Below, in pieces: positions 13,401 to 24,203 of a stretch of DNA of 64,000 bases (its first letter is position 1; each line of letters starts with the position of its first letter). Under the pieces are notes generated by a model that was given only the letters and a program-made list of their open reading frames with translations, did no database searches and was not told the origin of the DNA. The position numbers and the translations under genes were made by a program. Source of the stretch: Carcharhinus amblyrhynchos (taxonomy: Eukaryota); assembly GCA_965287045.1 (NCBI GenBank), contig OZ336883.1, positions 39,990,001 through 40,054,000 on the forward strand. Direction: 5' to 3'.

Positions 13401-13629
13401 ATTCTAGTACTTCCCAACTTAGTCCCACATAGTTTTCCACGTGATATGAATAACTCAGGTCAGTTTGATTTTCCTCAGGAATGTAACTCAATAATTTATC
13501 CCATTTTTTAATAACGTCCTCAATATCCAATTTAATTTGAGGAATGCCAAATTCAGAGTAATCTGGATTTAGTTCTTCATTCTGAGTTATAACTACTAAA
13601 ACATCCTCCTCTCCTCTCCTTCCCGATCA

Positions 13630-15200
13630 AAATACCTTTTAAGCATATTCACATGACATACTGTGAGTTTTCCTTCTATCTGGCATTCTTATCAAATAAT
13701 TCACCTCACTCAATTCCCTTTCAATTTGATAAGGCCCACTAAACCTTGCCTTCAAAGGTTCATCTACCACTGGTAGCAATACTAAGACTAGCAAATCTAC
13801 GAATTTTTGATTTCTTATCCACTTCCTGTTTCATCACGTGCTATGCCACTTTAAATGTTGTCTATCCAGTTCCCCTGCTCTATTCAATCTTTCCGTAAAG
13901 TTTGACATATAGTCCAATAATGTAGTCTCAGAACACTCACTTATCAATTTCTCCTAAGTCAATTTAAGTGGTCTTCTTACCTCATAACCAAAAATCAATT
14001 CAAATGGACTAAATTTGGTTGAATCATTAGGTGGATCCCTAATTGCAAAGCATACAGATGGAGTTCCTTCATCCCAATCCTCTGGATCATCTTGATAATA
14101 AGCCCGCAACATTGTCTTTAAAGTTTGACGTCACCGCTCTAACATTCCCTGTGATTCTGAATGGTATGCAGTTGATTGAAATTGTTTTGATCCAAAGATA
14201 TCCATAACTTCCTTGAATAACTTTGATTTAAAATTTAACCCTTGATCTGATTGTATTTCTGAGGGTAGTCCATCTCTAATAAAAATGATTTGATTTGATC
14301 TGTTTTATTATTGTCACATGCATTAACATGCAGTGAAAAGTATCGTTTCTTGTGCGCTATACAGACAAAACATACTGTTCGTAGAGAAGGAAATGAGAGA
14401 GTGCAGAATGTAGTCTTATAGTCATAGCTAGGGTGTAGAGAAAGATCAACTTAATGCAAGGTAAGTCCATTCAAAAGTCTGACAGCAGCAAGGGAGAAGC
14501 TGTTTTTGAGTTGGTTGATACGTGACCTCAGACTTTTGTATCTTTATCCCAAAGGAAGAAGGTGGAAGAAAGAATGTCCAGAGCGCTTGGGATCCTTAAT
14601 TATGCTGGCTGCTTTGCTGAGGCAGCGGAAAGTGTAGACAGGGTCAATGGATGGGAAGCTGGTTTGTGTGATGGATTGGGCTACATTCATAACCTTTTGT
14701 AATTTCTTGCGGTCTTGGGCAGATCAGGAGCCATACCAAGCTGTGATACAACCAGAAAAAATGCTTTGTATGGTGCATCTGTAAACATTGGTGAGAGTCA
14801 TAGCTGACATGCCAAATTTCCTTCGCCTTTTGAGAAAGTAGAGGCATTGGTGGGCTTTCTTAACTATAGTGTCGGCATGGGGGGACCAGGACAGTTTGTT
14901 TGTAATCTGGACAAGCTGAAGTAACTCCTCTGCAATCCTTTTAGCTGTAATACTACATAACGTGGACACATCCATTATAGTCAAACGATACTGATTTCCT
15001 CCTTTTGTTTTAGAGAGGGGTCCTCAAATGGGTATTAAGGGTGTTGGTTTTATCACCTTTTGAGGTCTCCCTATCACTTGACATGACAGACAAAATTTAA
15101 CTACATCTTTACTCAGTCCAGGCCAATAAAAATGTTTTTTGTATTTTAGCTTGAGTTTTCCTTACCCCCCAAATGACCTGCTAGTGGTGCCTCATGTGTT
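13630..15200 (-). pseudogene. Gypsy integrase remnant, interrupted by Rex1
   Basis: FYWPGLSKDVVKFC (Zn domain), LTIMDVST, GLPSEIQSDQG, TAYHSESQGMLER, FSPFELIFG, FSGPY (GPY/F), HVNMLK. Confidence 0.9.
14286..14912 (-). mobile_element. Rex1/Babar LINE 3' fragment
   Basis: LSWSPHADTIVKKAHQCLYFLK...YRCTIQSIFSGCITAWYG; (ATCAA)n tail; integrase sequence is contiguous across it. Confidence 0.88.
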
Positions 15201-15632
15201 ACCTCCTTCCTAAACCCTACTGGCAATACCATTTGATGAACTTCTGCCCACTTTTCATCTGCCTGAATATGTAAAGGTCTCCACTTTCTCATTAAGGGAA
15301 TAACATTCTGGTTCTTCTTCCATGTATGCTTTCTGGTACAACTGTTTTATTTCTATGTTTCTCTGTTGTAACTCTGCCAATTATCCAAAAAAAATTCTAA
15401 GAGATACCTAAAAATATCCACCTCGTCCTCCACCTGTTCTTGTCCTTTTCCAACCATCTGATCAAAATTCATTTCTGATCATTGGATTTCAACTTTCTTA
15501 TCTTTACCCTTTGATTTCTCCTCTTAACCTATGACTTTGTGACCTTTGTAACAGTAAGGAAAAATCCCAGGATATGTGCCCTTCAACAATTCAGTTGTTT
15601 GATTGGAGTTTCTGTCTTTTTGGAGTTTCTGT

Positions 15633-16402
15633 CTATTACTTACGTGGCGAAAAACTGCAGCAGGCGACAGTGCAGAGGGACCTCGGGGTCCTTGTGCATG
15701 AGTCGCAAAAACCCAGCTTGCAGGTGCAGCAGGTGGTCAGGAAGGCGAATGGGATGCTGGCCTTCATAGCGAGGGGGATTGAATATAAAAGTAGGGAGGT
15801 CTTGCTGCAGCTGTATAGGGCATTGGTGAGGCCGCAGCTGGAGTACTGTGTGCAGTTTTGGGCGCCGCACCTGCGCAAAGATATTTTGGCCTTGGAGGGG
15901 GTGCAGAGGAGGTTTACTAGGCTGATACCGGAGTTGAGGGGGTTGAGCTATGAGGAGAGGCTGAATAAACTGGGCTTGTATTCGTTAGAGTTTAGAAGAA
16001 TGAGGGGAGATCTCATTGAGACTTATAAGATGATGAATGGGATGGATAGGATAGAGGTGGAGAGACTCTTCCCGCTCAAAAAAGACAGTAGGACTAGGGG
16101 GCACAGCCTCAAGATAAAAGGGGGGCGGTTTAGAACGGAGTTGAGGAGGAACTTCTTCACTCAAAGGGTGGTGAATCTCTGGAATTCTCTGCCCGTTGAA
16201 GTGGTGGAGGCTGCCTCGCTAAATATTTTTAAGACGCGGGTTGATGGGTTTTTGATAAGAGAGGGGATTAAGGGTTATGGGGAGAGGGCGGGAATGTGGA
16301 ACTGAGCCACGACAGATCAGCCATGATCTTATTGAATGGCGGGGCAGGCTCGAAGGGCTAGATGGCCTACTCCTGCTCCTATTTCTTATTTTCTTATGTT
16401 CT
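15633..16402 (+). mobile_element. Young CR1 LINE 3' fragment inserted in the Gypsy element
   Basis: Protein nearly identical to the 3' part of 5334-6467 (about 4 aa differences); TTCTTATGTTCT tail. Confidence 0.96.
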
Positions 16403-17117
16403 TTTTAATTACAGTAGGCATTACACCCTCCTATGATTGAGCTATATTGTTACCCAAAATAAACTGTATTCCTGGACAAGATAATTTCTCCTACTACCAC
16501 TTCACCACTCTTCACTGGGCTCTCCAACCTCACCTTATATCATGGAACACCACTCTTCTCATCCTGAATCCTACATATTACCAGCTTTTCTGACAATACT
16601 CTTTTTAAACAACATAACTCCTCATTTCTTACCATCAAAGATTGACTTGCTCCGTATCTCTCAAAATTATAACTCCTTTACCTACTCCTCCTGATACACG
16701 TGAGTAAACTTTACCCACACAAATAAATTCCTTAAAGAGATCTGGCATCATCTTATCAATCAACTCCTGACTGGGCTGTACATTCTTTTGCACCTCGTTT
16801 GCTTCAGTTGGGCTTTCCTTTACTACTTTAACAATCTCCACTGGTTTATCCTGTTTTACCACATCAGTCTTCCCAGTGCTTTTCTTAAACCACCAGCACT
16901 GTGACTTTGCATGGCCTAATTTATTACAGTGAAAAAATCTGAGGCTTTTCATTTCTTTTCCACCCTCCTGTACCTCCTTTTTAACCTGATGTATGCTGTC
17001 TTTATTATCACCCACAAGATCTCCTTTACCACCTGGAGATTTCTCTTTTCCCCAGTTCCTATCCCTCACAGGCTCAAACTAATGTCAGAAACCAAACTTT
17101 GATTTACAAACTAATTC
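16403..17117 (-). pseudogene. Gypsy gag 3' end and protease remnant
   Basis: Zinc knuckle FFHCNKLGHAKSQC; protease-like ILRDT and FILGNN. Confidence 0.8.
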
Positions 17118-17443
17118 ATAATCATAGAGTCCCTACAGTGCAATTCAGCCTATTGAGTCTGCACTGACCACAATACCACCCTATTCCCATAAACCCACAT
17201 ATTTACCTTACTAGTCTCCCTGATACTAGGGTCAATTTGTCATGGCCAATCCACCTAACCTGCACATCTTTGGACCATGGGAGGAAACCAGAACACCCAG
17301 AGGAAACTCAGGTAGAAATGGGGAGAATGTGTAAACTGCACACAGACAGTGACCTAAGGCTGGAATTGAACCTGGGTCCCTATTGAACCCTGCTCCCTGG
17401 CGCTGTGAAGCAGTAGTGTTAACCATTGTGCCACCACGCTGCC
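17118..17443 (-). mobile_element. HE1-like V-SINE, CR1-type tail
   Basis: Full copy with a small internal duplication in the B-box region. Confidence 0.9.
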
Positions 17444-17455
17444 TCCACCATTTGA

Positions 17456-17794
17456 TTGGAATATCATAGATACATTTATTAAGGATTATACACTATCATT
17501 TTGTTTGTTTGCAATTGATAAAAATTATTGCTAATTTTCTTTCCATACATGTTAACTATATTCTTAAACATGGTAAAAGCTCCCCAGTAGGTCATTTGAA
17601 TCATACCTGAGGTGAAATATCATGCTTATCCTAATCAAGTTCAAATTGCAAAACTTATGATCCAGGCGGGCTCCACTATTTAAGAATATAGTTAACATAT
17701 ATGGTAAAAAGATTAGCAATTTTTTTTCCATTTACAAATAAAAACAAACCACGATAATGTATAACACTGAACAAATATACCTAAGATGTTTCAA
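17456..17794. repeat. Imperfect inverted repeat (arms 17456-17568 / 17679-17794)
   Basis: Perfect 20-bp core ATGTTAACTATATTCTTAAA / TTTAAGAATATAGTTAACAT; similarity extends about 110 bp. Confidence 0.85.
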
Positions 17795-19329
17795 TTATGC
17801 AAAAGCTTCCTTTATACAAAACCCTTCCATAGGTTGAACATAGCAAAGACTAATGCTCACGTGATACTGGTACGGAGTCCTTTGGATGAATGCCGCAGTT
17901 CTATTAATGCATTCAAAACAGTTTGAAGTCAGAACAGCTTCCCAGAACACCAGGGAAAGACTTTGGTCAAAACACCAACAGCAGATTTTCTACTCCAGGA
18001 AGGCTTTCAGCTAACCAGCAGAATTTCCCAAAACCAGGGAGAGAGAAACCTCTTTCCGGCTTGATGTCCCTTCTAAAAATGAAAGCCTGCAGCTCAGAAC
18101 TGAAAATGAAGGAGCGCCTATCACCCAATCTGCAAATATTCTTCCTCCTGACAATGCAGAGTTATAAAAGTAATTCCCAAAGTAAAAATAAACACCCCCC
18201 ATTTAATCCACTTAAGGAATAATAAAATGACTCCTTGTAGATAGCTCAGCAACAATGACATCAGCTAAGGCTGTGAGCTACAGAGAACATGGGCCAGAAT
18301 TCTCCCCAAAAAGTTCTAAATGATGAATTTGCATGAAAAATTGAGAAATTCATGTCTTTTTTTCTGTGGGAGTTCAGCGAAGGCTCTCCCACACTCGTGT
18401 GTACATCATTAAAACTCAGGAGGCAGGGCCTATTCCTGACTGTGTATGTGTCAGTCTGTCAGTGCCGAGATCAGTGCATGCGCAGTAGCCCCACACTGCT
18501 GTCCTCCCGATTGCTAGCCAGCCCTGCAATCACCACATTGCCGCCCCTCTGAACCCTCCAGGACCTGATCTCTGGCCCCCCTGACCATTCCCAGGCCCAG
18601 CTCCAAACCCCCCTCTTGCCCACCCCAATCTCCAGGCACACCCCACCCAGCCAATTCTCCTGACCACCCTCCTCCCCTCGCAGTCCTGAGCCCCCAAGCA
18701 GGTTGATGGTCCCCCAGCTTGCCCCAATCACTAGCCTCCCTCCTTCCCCCACCAATCCTGTCTGCAGCATGGCAGTAGGACCCCCCCCTCACCCACTGAT
18801 TAGCTCACCAGGCTCAGCCACATCAGGCTCCCCCCACACCATGCCCCAATAAGCTGGTGGGCAGTGCCAAGGTGGCCCCTGGGCATTGGCAATTTGCTGT
18901 TGGGCAGTGCTGGGGGGGGACCAGGCTGGCACTGCCAGGATGCCAATGCCCAGGGGACATCCCCCACCACCCAATCCTCTGGGGGCCCCAATTGCCCCCT
19001 TTCACTCCAGCGGGGGAGGGACATTTATTCCCCATTAGTGGGGAGCTACTAGCAGACCCGGAAACTTCAGTCCCAGGCCTGCTAATGAAATTTACATTAT
19101 ATTTAAATGATAATTTAAATGGTCTTCATGTCTCCCTGCCGATTTCCGGTGTGGATCTGACACTGCCAGAAATCTGGTGCTAGGAGAGCTATCGGAGTGA
19201 GAACGCACGTGAGAACCCTGCAAAATTGGCCAATGTGAGCCAGCCTAGTAACACATTAATGCAGTGGGATGGGAGAATTGCAGCCATGACTTTTTAAAAG
19301 AAAACTCTTAAAGATACACTAACACCACA
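17679..19329 (-). repeat. 5' LTR, interrupted by a 1-kb MITE
   Basis: Homology to 11555-11971 stops at 18291 and resumes at 19286; left boundary uncertain. Confidence 0.8.
18292..19285. mobile_element. ~1-kb non-autonomous PIF/Harbinger-like element
   Basis: TIRs GGCCAGAATTCTCCC / GGGAGAATTGCAGCC (12/15); 3-bp TSD (ATG or CAT); empty site visible in the other LTR; second copy at 61293. Confidence 0.8.
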
Positions 19330-21200
19330 GTGATGCCTTGCTGGGTCACCTACTGCATACTATCCAGTCCTGCCATTACCTTCTCTACCCTGGGGATGGC
19401 CTGCAGAGGTTCAACAAAGTTACCAACCACCTTGGTTGGTGGTGGTGCAATCTCAACTCACAGGAGAGCAGTGAAACAGCGCCACAAACAGATGAATGAT
19501 CTCATCCACCTAGCCAGGGTAAATCAACCTTCTCATCTCTCTATAAGCTCACGCCCTCACATGCCCCTCACAGGTTTGCAGGATGACAGTTCACAGCGAT
19601 ATCACATGATACCAGCTCATGGGACTTCACCACTTACTCTCCCACATCTGCCTGGGCTCACAATCTGCACACTTTGCATCCTCACCTCATACACGGCTCC
19701 ACTCAAAACCCACACAGGCATCCTTATCATCTGCTCTGGCATGCTTCCTGCTCATTCTTAAGAGCTGCAGTGACTTTCAGAGCCAGCATCAAAGGATGTC
19801 CCTGTAGCACCAGCCCTTGGAGAATGTGGCAGATTTGAACCACCAGATCCGTGGACATTCAGAGGTGTTGATGACAATGTCTCTCACTCAGTTTTAGAAA
19901 GGAAATGCATCTTGTGCACAACAGTCATCTCGAGAGGCACCTATGTGCAGCGTTTCTGTGAGTCTCAGCCTCTGGATCCAGAGGGGGCCCTATTGCCCCT
20001 TGCTCATAAAGGTGAAACTCCTTCTGTGAGCACTCTGCTTTTCTTCTTGTCTGCATGTAATGATGCAGACAATACTAAAGGCACACTCCATCTTCCTGAA
20101 GATTGTCTCCCCGCAGGAACATTGAAAGAAAATAGGACTGTACATCAGCCCTCCCTGTCACTGTCTCATGAGTGACTGTGCCTTTAAGGGCTTGGTTACA
20201 GAATGGGCACCTATTGGCAAATGCAATGCTGGCCACTGCAGTGACCACTCTCAATGTTACAGCATGCCTTCCCCCTAGCACCACCCCCCCCATCCATTTC
20301 AGTAGATCTATTGCTAGGAGATGGATTCAGTCAGTGGCTGGGATGTCCTGCATTTATTCAAGACAAACATTACCCATTCAGTGAACTCTATAACTAACTC
20401 GTTTGGAACCTAGGTGAGGGCACATGCCCTGTGAGTGGATGGGATTTTATTCAGGGAGCCTGGGAGTTCCAGGCAGCTGCAAGCTTCTAAGGTTGGGTTT
20501 CCAGGAGGTTCCTCCTGTTTGTCCAGACACTCACTTGTATTTGGAGTCATGATCACACTGGGAAATTACTACGATTGGTACAATGTGTTATTGCAGGGAT
20601 GTATCAGAATTAATATGACAGTGGACTGGGGCAAGGTCAGTCTTTGGAAGCTCAGCAACATAACCTGAAGCGCTTCTTCACTCCACAATCCTCTGGCCCC
20701 TACTTGCTTCTGGCCTTCTCTAAGAGACTCTTTTTGCAGTTCTGACCCAGAGGATGCTTCCTCCATTCATTCCCCCCCAGGTCATGTGTCAGTGCAAATT
20801 TCCCCAATCTTCCCCCTGCCTCCAGTCAAGCCCTTGCCCTCCTGCCCCTTCCCTTGCCTCTGTCTTGTCACGCTTGCCCCATCCCAGTTGAGCCCTTGCC
20901 CTGCAGCACATTACAATCCATCCCGTCTTAACGCTGCTCTGTATATACAGCCTTGTATCTGCAATCCCCCTCCCCACCCTCCCGAAAATAAAGTGGTGTT
21001 GCCTGTGAAACTGGCACAAAATCCAATGTGCTGTGAGCATTGTGTGATGCAACGTGGGCGAACAAACATCTCTTATGTAGCATCATTTATGTACCATTGC
21101 AAATCATGTTGATCTAATTAGACGCTGACGTGACCTTTTGACCCAATATGGGGGCATGATTCTGCAAGCTGCCTTGATATTCTAATACATTCTAATATAT
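19330..21200. mobile_element. Decayed PIF/Harbinger element
   Basis: Myb/SANT-like remnant on + (KQMNDLIHLAR|GT, ~19380-19520) and weak transposase-like remnant on - (~20160-20290). Confidence 0.55.
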
Positions 21201-21539
21201 TCAAATAGCCTAACTGACATGGTTCAGTAGCAATGGTATGCCACTAGTGAGGGCAGGAGTGGACAATCGCGACCCGCTTTTACGCTGATGGGAAATTGAT
21301 TTCTTTGCTCTAGTGATGGTTTCCCTCCTGCCCGCCATTACACATGATGTGGGTGAGACCAAAAATTCCCACCTTGAATTGATCGAGTAATGGGCTCCTT
21401 TTGAAAGCAGAAGTACATATTTGAAAATATCTCCTGATACATTGCCTATCACTGGTAACTTGAGAAAGGAATGTCAGTTTGGGGGAATGTATTTTCGATC
21501 AGGATTGCCACAGTTTACTCAATCTATGGAATTGGGCAA

Positions 21540-21933
21540 GATAGAATCATAGAATCCCTACAGTGCAGAAGGAGGCCATTTGGCCCATTGAGTCTGCACT
21601 GACCACAATCCCACCCTTGCCCTATTCTTGTATCCCCACATAATCCCCCTAGCAGTAAGGGGTAATCCACGCAGGCCTGTTCCCCATAACCCCAAGTATT
21701 TGCCTGCTAATCCCCCTAACCTACAAAGCTTGGGACACTAAGGAGCAATTTAGCATGACCAGTCCACGTAACTGGTACATCTTTAGACTGTGGGATGAAA
21801 TCAGAACACCCAGAGGAAAGACATGCAGATATGAGGAGAATGTGAAAACTCCACACAGACAGTGACCCGAGGCCGGTATCGAACCCGGGTGCCTGGCGCT
21901 GTGAATGCTAACCACTGTGCTGCCATGCCACCC
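21540..21933 (-). mobile_element. HE1-like V-SINE (composite, two tail pieces)
   Basis: Tail, repeated CTAATCCCCC segment, core, head. Confidence 0.85.
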
Positions 21934-22288
21934 TAGATGTTGGATTAGACTTAAACTACTAAAAATAATTAATTAAGCACTTTAAAAAAATACCTTTTAA
22001 ATTTTTAAATGTCCTATGTATCAGACACAAAAAAGATTTGTAAGCCTGCATTCTGGGTATTTCTGGAAAGATACTCAGAAACTGCGCAGCTCGGCTTAAA
22101 CCTGGACCAGGTGACAACGTCACTTCCTTCTCCATACAGTTAACTTGAAGTTTTAGTATTATGCTGCTTATATTTGCATATTTTTGTTGATATTATGAGG
22201 TATCACCACAGACTAGCAGATCGTTGCTGACCCACTCTGTTAGATCTTCCACAAGGTGATGTTACCAAGCATGTTATTGAGCACTCAG

Positions 22289-22874
22289 TCTCCTTGTGAG
22301 AGGAAGTTCCTTATTAATTATGGAGCGGCGTGCTGATTCCCAAATCCCAAAGTCAACAAATGTAGAAATGCAGTGGCACTCAGGTCAGTCTCATTGTTAG
22401 CTCACCCAGCTAGTTCTGTCTCTCTCTTTTTTCGCTTTGGTACACAGGAGTGAGGTTTCTCAAACATTATGGGTGGGATTTTGCGGCCTCGCTTGTCCTG
22501 AAACTGTAAAATCCTCCCCAAAGTCAACAGACCTTTCCATTGCCTGGCCCTCGCCCGCTTCAATTCCCGTGGCGGTCGGGGCAGTAAGTTTCTTGCGTAT
22601 TAGTTTGCTTGTACACTTTGGGTTGTACTTGTGCAGAATCTCCACCAAACCTCAAAGTGTCACTGTGCACATGTACAAGCAGTGTGTTCAAGAAACTGTG
22701 CTATAAGGCCTATTCCCCATCCTACACACACTGAAAATCTACTACAAATTCGTAGGTGAGGTTAGATTTTGTCTGGGTGAATCCTGATTGCCATTGGGTT
22801 GTGCATTTGTTGACTTTGGGATGTGGGAGTTCAGCATGTGGAACTGTAATAATGACCTTTCTCTCACAAGGAGA
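22289..22874. repeat. Imperfect inverted repeat (arms ~22289-22406 / 22755-22874)
   Basis: Perfect 19-bp core ATCCCAAAGTCAACAAATG (22344-22362) / 22804-22822, plus TCTCCTTGTGAGAG / CTCTCACAAGGAGA. Confidence 0.85.
22471..22570. mobile_element. ~130-bp MITE family, partial copy
   Basis: GGGTGGGATTTT...AAAATCC...AAGTCAA; same family as 25694-25821, 22943-23010 and 62609-62717. Confidence 0.55.
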
Positions 22875-23084
22875 GCTGCTGGTGGTATGGACCTGCTGCT
22901 TGTATCAGTAGCAGGTCCCCCCTCTTCCTGAGAAACCCACACGCTAGAATTTTACCACCCTGCCCATCACGGGAATCGGAGTGAGCGAGGGGCAGGCAAT
23001 TGAAAAGTGGCCCAGCAGAAACAATTACAGGAGCAGAGCTCAGTAGCATCAGGAAACTCCAGTCATCCACACTGCAACTAGGAG

Positions 23085-23334
23085 TGGCGATAGCATAGTG
23101 GTATTGTCACTGAACTAGTAATCCAGAGACCCAGAGTAATGGTCAGGTTCAAATCCCGTCACTGCAGACGGTGGAACTTGTCCTTTAGGGAAGGAATTCT
23201 GCACCCCTCCCCCCTCCGCCCCACACCTCGTCTGGCCTACATCATGTGACTCCAGATTCGCAGCAACGTGGTTGACTATTAACTGCCCCCGCAATTAGAA
23301 ATGAGCAATAAATGTTGGCCCAGCCAGAGATGTT
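23085..23334 (+). mobile_element. Second tRNA-derived SINE family
   Basis: Same head, core and tail as 7855; tail interrupted by HE1. Confidence 0.75.
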
Positions 23335-23658
23335 GGTGGCACGGTAGCACAGTGGTTAGCACTGCTGCTTCACAGCTCCTGGGTTCGACTCCCGGCTTGG
23401 GTCATGGTCTGTGTGGAGTTTGCACGTTCTCCTCGTGTCTGTGTGGGTTTCCTCCGGGTGCTCCGGTTTCCTCCCACAGTCCAAAGATGTGCGGGTTAGG
23501 TTGATTGGCCATGCTAAGAAATTGCCCCTTAGTGTCCAGGGATGTGTAAGTATAATATGTAGGGATATGGAGGTAGGGCCTGGGTGGGATGGTGTTCGGT
23601 GCAGACTTGATGGGCCGAAGGGCCTCATTCTGCATTGTAGGGTTCTATGATTCTATGA
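23335..23658 (+). mobile_element. HE1-like V-SINE, CR1-type tail
   Basis: Full copy ending TTCTATGATTCTATGA. Confidence 0.92.
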
Positions 23659-23717
23659 GATGCCCAGGAACAATTTTTTTTTAAAAAAGCTTGTATTTAT
23701 GTATTGAATTTAGCATA

Positions 23718-23970
23718 GTTTATTTATTATTGTCACAAGTAAGCTTACATTAACATTGCAATGAAGTTACTGTGAAAATCCCCTAATTGCCACACTCCAG
23801 CCCCTGTTCAGGTACACTGAGGGAGAATTTAGCATGACCATTGCCCCTAACCAGCACATCTTTCAGACTGTGGGAGGAAAGCAGAGCACCCAGAGGAAAC
23901 GCACGCAGACATGGGGAGAACATGTAGACTCCACCCAGATGGTGTCCCAAGCTGGGAATCGAATCCAGGT
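23718..23970 (-). mobile_element. HE1-like V-SINE, type-B tail
   Basis: TTTATTTATTATTGTCACAAG...GAAGTTACTGTGAAAATCCCC. Confidence 0.9.
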
Positions 23971-24203
23971 CAAAACATCCCAAGGTGCTTAATAAGAGTG
24001 ACAGCAATAAAAATATTTTTAACCTTTTTGGTTGCCAAGTCACATAAGGAGCTATCAGAATAGGTGGCCAGAAACCTGGTCAAAGAAGTAGATTTTTAAA
24101 CAGCATCATTAAAGAAGGCGGAGAGGTAGAGAAATGGGGAGGATCCGAGAGAGAATCCCATGCAAAGCTGACAGGAAAGCTGGCTGAAAGCATGGTCACC
24201 AGT

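Larger units (their letters stand above)
11555..19329 (-). mobile_element. Decayed Gmr1-like Ty3/Gypsy LTR retrotransposon (gag-PR-INT-RT-RH)
   Basis: Direct repeats 11555-11971 and 17917-18291+19286-19329, both starting TGTG on the minus strand; PPT-like GGGGTGGGC at 11972-11980; internal domains listed below. Confidence 0.9.

Noticed and set aside
18471-19183. Cluster of overlapping Gly/Pro-rich ORFs (also 61517-62108)
   Set aside because: Compositional artefact of the C-rich MITE interior
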